A stretch of 64,000 nucleotides of DNA, from assembly GCA_050953885.1 (NCBI GenBank), contig JBMNNJ010000001.1:143437-207436 (forward strand). The letters run 5' to 3'. Below the pieces are notes generated by a model that saw only the letters and a list, made by a program, of their open reading frames with translations, was not told the origin of the DNA and made no database searches. Positions 29,180 through 37,707 of this stretch are shown here, one piece after another (within the stretch, counting starts at the first letter, position 1; every line of letters starts with the position of its first letter). The stretch is from Patescibacteria group bacterium (lineage in GTDB: Bacteria > Patescibacteriota > Microgenomatia > 0-14-0-10-38-17). A program made the position numbers and the translations under genes.

Positions 29180-29487
29180 AACTAAAACGCAGATCCTGAC
29201 TTTCGTCAGGATGACGGCTACGGGAAGCGTCAGAATGACAATAACCGTGCCGTCATTCCGGACTTGATCCGCCATAGCGGGATCCGCCTCAGGCGGAATC
29301 CGGAATCTGTGTTATTATCAGAAAACGCAGATTATGACTTTCGTCAGAATGACAAAAAAGCGTCAGGATGATACTGACCGTCATCCTGAACTTGATTCAG
29401 GATCTGTTTTAAAAAAACTAAAACGCAGATCCTGACTTTCGTCAGGATGACGGTTAGGGGAAGCGCCAGAATGACAGAAAAGCGTCA
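29180..29487. repeat. CGTC palindrome array upstream of the GIY-YIG gene
   Basis: About three composite units in the same orientation as the downstream array. Confidence 0.97.
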
Positions 29488-30603
29488 GGGTAACGCCTCC
29501 AAACTTTCCAAAACCTCTCGGGCGGTTTTTTGCCAAGAAAATTTTTGCGCCTGTTGAAGACCTTTTTTTATCATTTCCCCTCTTAATTTAGGATTATTGG
29601 CTATTTTTTCCATCGCCTTCCTAATCTCCTCGGATTTCTCGGGATTAACCAAAATTCCCGCCTCTCCGGCCGCCTCGGGAAGACTGGAGACATTGCTGGT
29701 AATAACCGGCGCACCAGAGGCCATTGCTTCCAAAATCGGCAAGCCAAAGCCTTCGTAAAGCGAAGGATAAACAAAACAAAGAGCGCCGGCGTAAAGAGAA
29801 GGCAAATCCTCATCCGGCACATAACCTAAAAGTTTTAAATTTTTAGTTGCCGACTTTAAACTCTGATCGCCCCAACCTGTTTTGCCGACAATTGCTAATT
29901 GCCACCCTCTTTTATTTTCCAAACCGTCAAAAGCCTCAATTAAACGTGGCAAATTTTTGCGTGGTTCCCGCGTTCCTACCGCCAAAAAATAATCACCAAG
30001 CCCATATTTTTTCTTCACCGCTTTTATTTTCCCCTCGCCTTGGGGGCAAAAATGGCGATGATCCACTCCGGGATAAACCACTTTAATTTTCTCTTTGTTA
30101 AGATCAATTATTTTTTCCAAATCGCGCCTCGTGCTTTGAGAACTAGCAAAAACCAAATCGGCTTCTTTTTTTACCCATTTCATCCGGTTTTTATGAGCGT
30201 TAATTATCTTTTCAGGCAGAGTTTGCGGGTATTGCCAAGGAACTAAATCATGGACAACGGTAACCAACTTGGCTTTTTCTGCCGGCGGCTGGGTCCAGTC
30301 GGAAGCAAAAAAAATATCCACTTTTCCCACCAGCGTTTCCACCGGCAAAAGATGGGTTCGGTTCCAAAACCAGTCTAAGAGAGTAGGGGGGTAGGGAACA
30401 ATTTTGGCTTTTACCCGACCGGGATATTTCTTTTGTAGTTTCCTCGCAAAATTGATAAGGATTTGTTTTTGCCGCAGGGAGCCGCCAAAAAGAAGATAGC
30501 GGTTTTTTTTATCGACAACCAAAAGGTTTTCCACCAAATTTTTGGCGTAAACGCTTACCCCCGTACCGTAAACAATTTGGGAAATATCAACGGCAATGGT
30601 CAC
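29485..30603 (-). CDS. GT4 (MtfB-like) glycosyltransferase
   Basis: [12 protein letters not shown] and [12 protein letters not shown] motifs. Confidence 0.93.
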   Translation of the reverse strand: MTIAVDISQIVYGTGVSVYAKNLVENLLVVDKKNRYLLFGGSLRQKQILINFARKLQKKYPGRVKAKIVPYPPTLLDWFWNRTHLLPVETLVGKVDIFFASDWTQPPAEKAKLVTVVHDLVPWQYPQTLPEKIINAHKNRMKWVKKEADLVFASSQSTRRDLEKIIDLNKEKIKVVYPGVDHRHFCPQGEGKIKAVKKKYGLGDYFLAVGTREPRKNLPRLIEAFDGLENKRGWQLAIVGKTGWGDQSLKSATKNLKLLGYVPDEDLPSLYAGALCFVYPSLYEGFGLPILEAMASGAPVITSNVSSLPEAAGEAGILVNPEKSEEIRKAMEKIANNPKLRGEMIKKGLQQAQKFSWQKTAREVLESLEALP

Positions 30604-30645
30604 GGAAAAAAAATTATTAAACTATTAAATAGCTTAATTACTAAA

Positions 30646-30731
30646 AATTCAAAATGCAAAAGTCAAAAGTCAAAATTTAAAGTCAAAAGTCAAAAGTTTT
30701 TGTTTCACTTTTTAATTTTAACTTTTGAATT
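30646..30731. repeat. Inverted heptamer element with no internal gene
   Basis: aattcaaaatgcaaaagtcaaaagtc.. paired with ..ttttaacttttgaatt. Confidence 0.8.
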
Positions 30732-30834
30732 CCCTATGGGGGAAGAAATATGCACCTAAAAAATAAACGAGAAAGCAGAGAAAATCACCAATCGATTTTT
30801 TCTATTTTACCATTTTATGCTAAAATTATCCCAA

Positions 30835-31536
30835 ATGGTTAAGAAGCTCCCCTCGCTTTCAATTTTTTTCCCCTTCTACAACGAGGAGGCCAATATTGCC
30901 GCCCAAACCAAAGAGGCCTTAAAAGTTGCTCCCCAATTTTCCCAAAAGTGGGAAATTATTTTGGTTAACGACGGCTCAGCGGATAAAACAGGTAAAATTG
31001 CCCAAGAATTAGCCAAAAAATATCCCGGCGTGCACGCCGTCAGCCATTCCCAAAACCGCGGCTATGGCGCCGCCATTAAAACCGGTTTAAAAGCAAGCCG
31101 ATACGAGTGGATCTTTTTTTCCGACGGCGACCGTCAATTTGACTTAAAAGAATTAAGCAAGCTGGTGGAGAAAAGCGAGGAGGCCGATTTAATTATCGGC
31201 TACCGGCAAAAGCGAGCCGATCCTTTTATCCGCCTTGCCAACGCCAAGCTTTTTAATTTTTTAATTCGCCTGCTTTTTGGCTTAAAAGTGAAAGACGTTG
31301 ACTGCGCTTTCAAGCTAATTAAGAAAGAGGTGGTTGACAACATTGGGCCGCTTAAATCCGACGGCGCCTTGGTTTCAAGTGAACTTTTAATTAAGGCCCA
31401 GAAAAAAGGCTATAAAATTTTGGAGGTGCCGGTGAGCCATTACCCCCGCAAAGCAGGCAAACAAACCGGCGCTAACCCCCGCGTTATTTTTAAAGCTTTT
31501 TACGATATTGCCGCTCTCTGGCAAGACTTAAAATGA
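30835..31536 (+). CDS. GT2 DPM-synthase-like glycosyltransferase
   Basis: FPFYNEE, NDGSAD, DGDRQFD and DVDCAFK motifs. Confidence 0.9.
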   Translation: MVKKLPSLSIFFPFYNEEANIAAQTKEALKVAPQFSQKWEIILVNDGSADKTGKIAQELAKKYPGVHAVSHSQNRGYGAAIKTGLKASRYEWIFFSDGDRQFDLKELSKLVEKSEEADLIIGYRQKRADPFIRLANAKLFNFLIRLLFGLKVKDVDCAFKLIKKEVVDNIGPLKSDGALVSSELLIKAQKKGYKILEVPVSHYPRKAGKQTGANPRVIFKAFYDIAALWQDLK

Positions 31537-32132
31537 TTAACTTAACCGATAAAACCGGCCAAAAGCTAACTTTTGCCCAAGCCCTTCAAAAAGGGTGGAA
31601 AAGAGTGGGGGCTATTTTTTTAGATGCTAAATTAATGCTTTTGCGCTGGACGGGGTATATTCCTTCGCACGCTTTGCGAAAAACTATCTATCGGCTGGCG
31701 GGAGTAAAAATAGGGAAGGGTTCTACTCTTCATATGTGGGCTAATTTTTTCCAAACTCATAATATTGTTATCGGCCAAGACACGATTATTGGCGACCATT
31801 GCTTTTTAGACGGCCGCGCTCCTTTAAAGATCGGCAGCCATACCGCCATTGCCTCTCAAGTTTTAATTTACAACTCCGAGCATAATGTCCACGACCCGCA
31901 TTTTGCCGCCATTGAAGAGCCGGTGGAAATTGGCGACTATGTTTTTATTGGCGCCCGGGCAATTATTCTGCCGGGGGTAAAAATTGGCAATGGCGCGGTG
32001 GTGGCCGCCGGCGCAGTGGTAACCAAAGACGTGCCGGAAAAAACTATTGTGGGCGGCGTGCCGGCCCGGGAAATCGGCAAGAGAGAAATCCCCCTAAATT
32101 ACCGACTGGGAAGAGCAAGATTGTTTCAGTAA
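31533..32132 (+). CDS. Hexapeptide-repeat acetyltransferase
   Basis: IGDYVFIGARAIILPGVKIG..VVTKDVP..GGVPA. Confidence 0.92.
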   Translation: MINLTDKTGQKLTFAQALQKGWKRVGAIFLDAKLMLLRWTGYIPSHALRKTIYRLAGVKIGKGSTLHMWANFFQTHNIVIGQDTIIGDHCFLDGRAPLKIGSHTAIASQVLIYNSEHNVHDPHFAAIEEPVEIGDYVFIGARAIILPGVKIGNGAVVAAGAVVTKDVPEKTIVGGVPAREIGKREIPLNYRLGRARLFQ

Positions 32133-32189
32133 AAAGAGAAATTAGAAATTCGCCTTGCTTTGGCGGGACGGAAATTAAGAAATTAGGAG

Positions 32190-32813
32190 ATGAAAAAATT
32201 TTTTTTCTTAAATTGGCCACGAAAGGCTAAAATTCTTTATGGCCTGCTTTTTTTGGTCAGTCTTTTTTATCTTTTCCTGCCCGGCCCGCCTGTTCCCCAA
32301 TTAGGAGAGAATTTCCCTTTTGAAATAGGCTTTATCAGCCAAATGATGGGCGAGCCGGTGGCCACTTTCTACACCAACCAAGGGCAAGAAGAGGTGTTAT
32401 TGTTTTTCCAAAAAAAATATTCTCACAGCCCCCTTTTAAACCTTCCTCTTTTGGTTCAAAAAACCGATTATTTCCCCCAAGAGGCCTATGAACTTATAAA
32501 CGATATGCACAGCGCCAAAAATACCAATTTCTTAGTGGAATTTCGCCAACCCGGCCGAGAATCCTTGGTTATCAAAGGATATGGGGAAACTAACCCCGAA
32601 GAAATAAGTCAAAAAGACACTAAGAAAATAATTAGTTTTAAACCTGAAGACGGCAAAGAATATCATCTTCAAATAACTGTTTATCAGATTAAAACCCCAC
32701 CGGCGATAAGGGTTTTAATGCTTTGTCTTATTTTCTTAATCACGCCGGTGGTTTTTTTGGGGATAATAAAAACAGTAGGGGAGACCTGGAGGAAGCTAAG
32801 CACACGGGATTAA
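32190..32813 (+). CDS. Hypothetical membrane protein
   Basis: N- and C-terminal TMs; lies within the operon. Confidence 0.65.
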   Translation: MKKFFFLNWPRKAKILYGLLFLVSLFYLFLPGPPVPQLGENFPFEIGFISQMMGEPVATFYTNQGQEEVLLFFQKKYSHSPLLNLPLLVQKTDYFPQEAYELINDMHSAKNTNFLVEFRQPGRESLVIKGYGETNPEEISQKDTKKIISFKPEDGKEYHLQITVYQIKTPPAIRVLMLCLIFLITPVVFLGIIKTVGETWRKLSTRD

Positions 32814-33066
32814 ACAGGATTTTTACAGGATAAAACAGGATAAATCTTGATGAGGTGATGAGTATAGACAAATTCAAATCTCAAATCTCAAAACTCAAAA
32901 CTACAACTCAAAACTTAAATCTAAAAAAAACAACTTTAAGCTTTAAAAAGTTTTAACATTTACCATGTAGTTTTGAGTTTTAACATTTGAGTTTTAACAT
33001 TTTAGCTTGCATTTTAAGTTTATTTTCTTGTCCATTCGTTTCTCATTCGTGTTAATTCGTGTCTTT
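32800..33066. repeat. Decamer bracket enclosing an inverted heptamer element
   Basis: acaggatt.. repeats, then caaaactc/gagttttg element, then attcgtgtt repeats. Confidence 0.8.
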
Positions 33067-33071
33067 TAGCA

Positions 33072-34247
33072 ATGAAGCAATCTAAACCCATTTTATCAAT
33101 CATCATCGTCTCTTATAACACCAAGGAACTGTTGAAAGAATGCCTTGATTCCGTGGCTAAATCATTAGCCAGCGCTAATTTTAAAAGCAACCAAGAAAAG
33201 ATCCTGAATCAAGTTCAGAATGACGCTAATCGTAACCGTCATCCTAACTCCTCTCGCCGTCATCCTGACGATCCGCCAGCTGGCGGACAGGATCTGCCCT
33301 TGTCATTAACACAGATTCCGGATCAAGTCTGGAATGACAGTTTCCAAGTTCGTTACCCTGACTCTTCTCACCGTCATCCTGATGATCCGCCAGTTGGCGG
33401 ACAGGATCTACCCTTGGCCGAAATCATCGTTGTTGACAATAATTCCCGCGACGATTCGGTAGAAATGCTTGAAAATTTAAAATTGAAACTTGAAAATTCA
33501 ATGAAAATTGAAAATTTAAAATTGAAAATTATTATTAATAACGATAATCTTGGCTTTGCCAAGGCTAATAATCAGGGGATAAAAATAGCCGAAGGAAAAT
33601 ATGTCCTGCTTTTAAACTCCGATACTAAAATTGTTGAAGATAATTTTTTCCCAAAAATTATTAGTTTTTTGGAGAAAAATTCTGCGGTGGGAATTTTAGG
33701 ACCAAAACTAATTTGGGAAGACGGTAAAATTCAACCCTCGGGTGGTTATTTTCCTACTTTAGGTCGCCTCTTTGCCTGGGCTTTTTTCTTGGACGATTTA
33801 CCGGGCCTTTCAAAAATAATTAAAGCCTACCATCCCCACCCTAAGGACTGTCAAAAACCTCAAAGGCAAGACTGGGTTACCGGCGCCTGTTTCTGGGTGA
33901 AAAAGGAAGTTTTTGATAAAATAGGAATGCTTGACGAGGATTTTTTTATGTATGTGGAAGAACTGGAATTTTGTTTTCGCGCTAAAAAAGCGGGGTTTGA
34001 GGTGATTTATTATCCTCAGGCGAAACTTATTCATTACGGCGGGAAAAGCGGCACCGCTTTTAATACTGTTATAGGTGAATTTAAAGGCTTAAAACTTTTT
34101 TACCAGAAACACCAGCCGGCCTGGCAAAAACCGTTCCTAAATTTCCTCCTTAAGGCGGCCGCTTTTAACCGTTTTTTTTTCTTAGGAATTTTGGGGGGAA
34201 ATAAAGAAAAAAAAGAAATTTATCGAAAAGTTTTGGAAAGCAAGTAG
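33072..34247 (+). CDS. GT2 glycosyltransferase with in-frame repeat insertions
   Basis: IVSYN, VDNNSRD, LLNSD and MYVEE motifs; palindrome insert 33199-33409; heptamer insert 33469-33530. Confidence 0.9.
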   Translation: MKQSKPILSIIIVSYNTKELLKECLDSVAKSLASANFKSNQEKILNQVQNDANRNRHPNSSRRHPDDPPAGGQDLPLSLTQIPDQVWNDSFQVRYPDSSHRHPDDPPVGGQDLPLAEIIVVDNNSRDDSVEMLENLKLKLENSMKIENLKLKIIINNDNLGFAKANNQGIKIAEGKYVLLLNSDTKIVEDNFFPKIISFLEKNSAVGILGPKLIWEDGKIQPSGGYFPTLGRLFAWAFFLDDLPGLSKIIKAYHPHPKDCQKPQRQDWVTGACFWVKKEVFDKIGMLDEDFFMYVEELEFCFRAKKAGFEVIYYPQAKLIHYGGKSGTAFNTVIGEFKGLKLFYQKHQPAWQKPFLNFLLKAAAFNRFFFLGILGGNKEKKEIYRKVLESK

Positions 34248-34297
34248 GCACTTGTAACACGTAATGCGTAATACGCAACTTGTAATAATTAATTATT

Positions 34298-35800
34298 ATG
34301 TCTCTTTTAAAAAATAAATTTTTTGCTTTGCTAAATTCCTTTCTTGATCACGCTTTGCCAATAGCAGCGCTGGTTTTGCTGGTTTTTATCCCTCTTTACC
34401 CTAAATTTCCCGCCCTTGATGTCCCCGGCACCTATGTTAAAATTCGCGTTGACGATTTTTTAGTGGCCGCCGCCCTCTTCCTTACTTTGCTTAAATTCCT
34501 CATTAACCGGCAAAAAGCCATGAAGGTGGGCATAAATCGAGCGATTATCCTCTACTGGGTTGTTGGCGGCGTTTCGCTTCTGGGGGCAATTTTTTCCCTC
34601 CAGCTGGTTTTTCCCCATCTGGCCATTCTCCATTTCCTGAGGCGAATCGAATATATGGGGCTTTTTTTCTTGGGTTTTTTTGCCTTAAGAAAGAAAAAAG
34701 AATTCGATGTTTTTTTAAACGGCCTTTTTTTAGCCACTTTTTTGGTTTTTATCTATGGCTTAGGGCAAAAATTCTTTGGCTGGCCGGTGGTTTCCACCAT
34801 GAATGAAGAATTTTCCAAGGGGATGCTCTTGCGGCTTGATGTTTGGGTACGTGTCAGCAGCACTTTTGCCGGCCATTATGATTTGGCCGCTTTTCTTTCT
34901 CTGGTTCTGCCTTTAATTTTGGCCTCTTTAATTAAAAGCCATTATCGAACAAAGCAAATCCTTCTGGGTTTTCTTTATTTTTTTGCTTATTACCTGCTTT
35001 TAAACACCGCCTCGCGAGTTTCTTTTGTGGCCTATTTAATCGCTATTTTTTGCCTGCTTATTTTCTTAAACAAAAAATGGCTGATTATTCCTGTGGTTGG
35101 CCTAAGCCTTTTGGGGATGCTTTTTTCCGAAGATATCACCCAGCGTTTTGCCGCCACCATTAAGATTGAAGCGCCCCGTCTGGCCGCCCGCCTGGAAAAA
35201 ACCCTTGACTTTCTTTCTCCCCAAGGATCGTCAAGAACTTCTTTTTTCCCAACACCCATCCCCTCACCCACCCCTGCCTTAACCCCTTCGCCAACACCTC
35301 TTACCGTCGTTACTAAAGTTACCCCCGGGGGGAGTAGGCCAACACCAACGCCAACGCCAACACCAACCCCCCTGTCAAGCGAAGAAGAGTTTTGGGAAGC
35401 GCAAAAAAGCGTTGAGCTGGGAGTAGAACGCTCGGGAGGAATTCGTTTTGATTACGAATGGCCCCGAGCCTTAAACCATTTTAAGAAAAGCCCGCTTTTG
35501 GGAACCGGTTTTTCTTCTTTAGGTTTGGCCACCGACAATGATTATTTACGCGCTTTAGGAGAAACTGGCCTCTTGGGGCTTTTATCATTCTTGCTTATTT
35601 TCCTTGAAGGGTTAAAATTAATTTTAGAAAAAGGCAAAAAAAGCTGGCAGGCCCAAGCAATGAGCGCTTCTGCGCTGGCGATGCTAGCTAATGCCTGTTT
35701 TATTGATGTCTTTGAAGCCTCAAAGGTGGCTTATATTTTTTGGTTATTACTAGGCCTAACCGTTGGCTACCTTAACGATGAACATCCCAAAAATTCTTAA
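34298..35800 (+). CDS. O-antigen ligase/O-OTase-like (Wzy_C) protein with Pro/Thr-rich loop
   Basis: TASRVSF, SPLLGTG and DNDYLRALGETG motifs. Confidence 0.75.
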   Translation: MSLLKNKFFALLNSFLDHALPIAALVLLVFIPLYPKFPALDVPGTYVKIRVDDFLVAAALFLTLLKFLINRQKAMKVGINRAIILYWVVGGVSLLGAIFSLQLVFPHLAILHFLRRIEYMGLFFLGFFALRKKKEFDVFLNGLFLATFLVFIYGLGQKFFGWPVVSTMNEEFSKGMLLRLDVWVRVSSTFAGHYDLAAFLSLVLPLILASLIKSHYRTKQILLGFLYFFAYYLLLNTASRVSFVAYLIAIFCLLIFLNKKWLIIPVVGLSLLGMLFSEDITQRFAATIKIEAPRLAARLEKTLDFLSPQGSSRTSFFPTPIPSPTPALTPSPTPLTVVTKVTPGGSRPTPTPTPTPTPLSSEEEFWEAQKSVELGVERSGGIRFDYEWPRALNHFKKSPLLGTGFSSLGLATDNDYLRALGETGLLGLLSFLLIFLEGLKLILEKGKKSWQAQAMSASALAMLANACFIDVFEASKVAYIFWLLLGLTVGYLNDEHPKNS

Positions 35801-37253
35801 AAACGAAAAGCTCTGGCTGGCGCTTATTTTTTCCTTAGCGCTCCTTTTGCGGCTTTACAAAATTGATAATCCCATCGCCGACTGGCATTCCTGGCGCCAA
35901 GCCGACACCGCCGCCGTCAGTCGCAATTTTCTTAAATACGGTTTTAATCCTCTTTATCCCCGTTTTGACGATCTTTCCTCCATTCCCTCGGGGAAAGAAA
36001 ACCCCCAAGGCTGGCGTTTTGTGGAATTTCCCATTTTCAACCTTATCCACGCTGGTCTTTTTAAAGTATTTAATTATTTTAGCCTCGAAATTTGGGGGAG
36101 ACTAACGGCGGTGATTTCCTCGCTTTTTTCTCTTCTTTTTCTTTATCTTCTTTCTAAAAAATTTTTTGGCAAAAAAACCGCTTTCTTAACCGCTTTTTTC
36201 TTTGCCACCCTTCCTTTTAATGTTTACTACTCACGAGTGATTTTGCCCGAACCGCTAATGGTGGCTTTTTCTTTGGGAGCGCTTTATTTTTTTGTTGAAT
36301 TTATCGAAAATAAAAAAACTGCCCACTGGTTGGCGTCTTGCTTTTTGGGAATTTTGGCCCTGCTTAGCAAACCCTATGCCGTTTTTATTATGGGTCTGCC
36401 AATGGCCTATCTTGTTTTAGAAAAGCTTTTAAAAGAAAGAAAAGACAAAAAATCCCTTAGGAAAGATCTTTTTTTGACCATTTTGTACGTCATTTTTCTT
36501 TTTCTCCCCTTTTTTCTCTGGCGAACTTGGATGAAAAATTTTCCCGAGGGAATACCGGCCAATGAATGGCTTTTCAACGCCGGCGGTATGCGCCTTAAGC
36601 CGGTTTGGTGGCGCTGGCTCTTTTACGAAAGAATCGCCAAATTAATTTTGGGAGGGTGGGGCGCCACCTTTTTGGTTCTGGGATTAACCGCCAAAAAAAA
36701 TCATCGCGCTGATGGTTTTTTTTACTCCCTTATTGCCGGCGCTCTTTTGTTTTTGGTTGTTTTTGCCCGCGGCAATATTCAGCACGATTATTATCAGGCA
36801 TTAATTATCCCCGCTCTTTGTCTTTCCTTAGGCCGAGGCGCCAACCTTTTGCTGGAAAACTTTGAAAAAAAGTCTTCCCCATTTCTTCGTTATTGCCTAA
36901 CCGCTGTTTGCCTCCTTTTTACCCTTCTTTTCTCTTTTTTTGAGGTGCGAGGATATTATCAGGTTAATAATCCCGCCATTATGGAGGCGGGGCAACGGGC
37001 AGACATTATTTTGCCAAAAGACGCTAAAATAGTCGCTCCTTACGATGGCGATACCGCTTTTTTGTACCAAACCAATCGCCCGGGCTGGCCGGCAATGACC
37101 GGCTCAATTGATGATATGATTAAACTTGGCGCCACCCATTATGTTTCCGTTAATTTTGACGAAGATACCAAGGAAATAATGAAAAAGTATAAAATACTGG
37201 AGGAAACCAATAGATATGTAATTATAGAATTAATCTTAAAACCAAAAACTTAA
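35778..37253 (+). CDS. GT-C (PMT/ArnT-like) glycosyltransferase
   Basis: WHSWRQADT, EFP, GRL and YYSR..PE motifs. Confidence 0.85.
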   Translation: MNIPKILKNEKLWLALIFSLALLLRLYKIDNPIADWHSWRQADTAAVSRNFLKYGFNPLYPRFDDLSSIPSGKENPQGWRFVEFPIFNLIHAGLFKVFNYFSLEIWGRLTAVISSLFSLLFLYLLSKKFFGKKTAFLTAFFFATLPFNVYYSRVILPEPLMVAFSLGALYFFVEFIENKKTAHWLASCFLGILALLSKPYAVFIMGLPMAYLVLEKLLKERKDKKSLRKDLFLTILYVIFLFLPFFLWRTWMKNFPEGIPANEWLFNAGGMRLKPVWWRWLFYERIAKLILGGWGATFLVLGLTAKKNHRADGFFYSLIAGALLFLVVFARGNIQHDYYQALIIPALCLSLGRGANLLLENFEKKSSPFLRYCLTAVCLLFTLLFSFFEVRGYYQVNNPAIMEAGQRADIILPKDAKIVAPYDGDTAFLYQTNRPGWPAMTGSIDDMIKLGATHYVSVNFDEDTKEIMKKYKILEETNRYVIIELILKPKT

Positions 37254-37701
37254 AATCAAAATCTTATCCTAAATTTTAAATCTAAATTATGGTCGAAAAC
37301 AAAAAAAATATTAAATATCGAGCATATGGTTTCGCTTTAGAGGTAATAAAATTGATTGATACTCTTCCAAACAAAAAAGCCTATTGGTCGCTTGGGGATC
37401 AGATATTAAGATCTGCTACCAGCATTGGTGCTAATATTGTTGAGGCAACTGGATCTTTAAGTAAAAAAGAGTTTATTAGGTTTTATTCTATCGCTCTCAA
37501 AAGCGCCAACGAAACAAAATTTTGGCTCTGTTTAATTAGAGACTCCCAGAAAGGTAACATTAAAATGGCGAGCAAGCTTCTCCAAGAAGCTAATGAATTA
37601 TCAAAAATGATTGGCGCCAGCATCTTAACGATGAAAGGCAAAAGAACAAAAGATTAAAGATTTAAAATAAGATTTTGAATTTTGGATTTAAGATTTAAGA
37701 T
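37233..37701. mobile_element. Putative element: four-helix-bundle gene between 51-bp imperfect inverted heptamer arms
   Basis: 37233-37283 vs reverse complement of 37651-37701 match at about 40/51 positions without gaps (hand alignment). Confidence 0.6.
37289..37657 (+). CDS. Four helix bundle protein (23S rRNA IVP / TIGR02436-like)
   Basis: QILRSATSIGANIVEA..S..EF..IALKSANETKFWL. Confidence 0.93.
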   Translation: MVENKKNIKYRAYGFALEVIKLIDTLPNKKAYWSLGDQILRSATSIGANIVEATGSLSKKEFIRFYSIALKSANETKFWLCLIRDSQKGNIKMASKLLQEANELSKMIGASILTMKGKRTKD

Positions 37702-37707
37702 AAAAAC

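Noticed and set aside
28457-29487. CRISPR array
   Set aside because: Inter-repeat segments are homologous rather than unique spacers, units are composite and dispersed, and no cas genes are present.
37289-37657. DGR (Avd) or rRNA intervening sequence
   Set aside because: No reverse transcriptase, TR/VR pair or rRNA is seen in the window.
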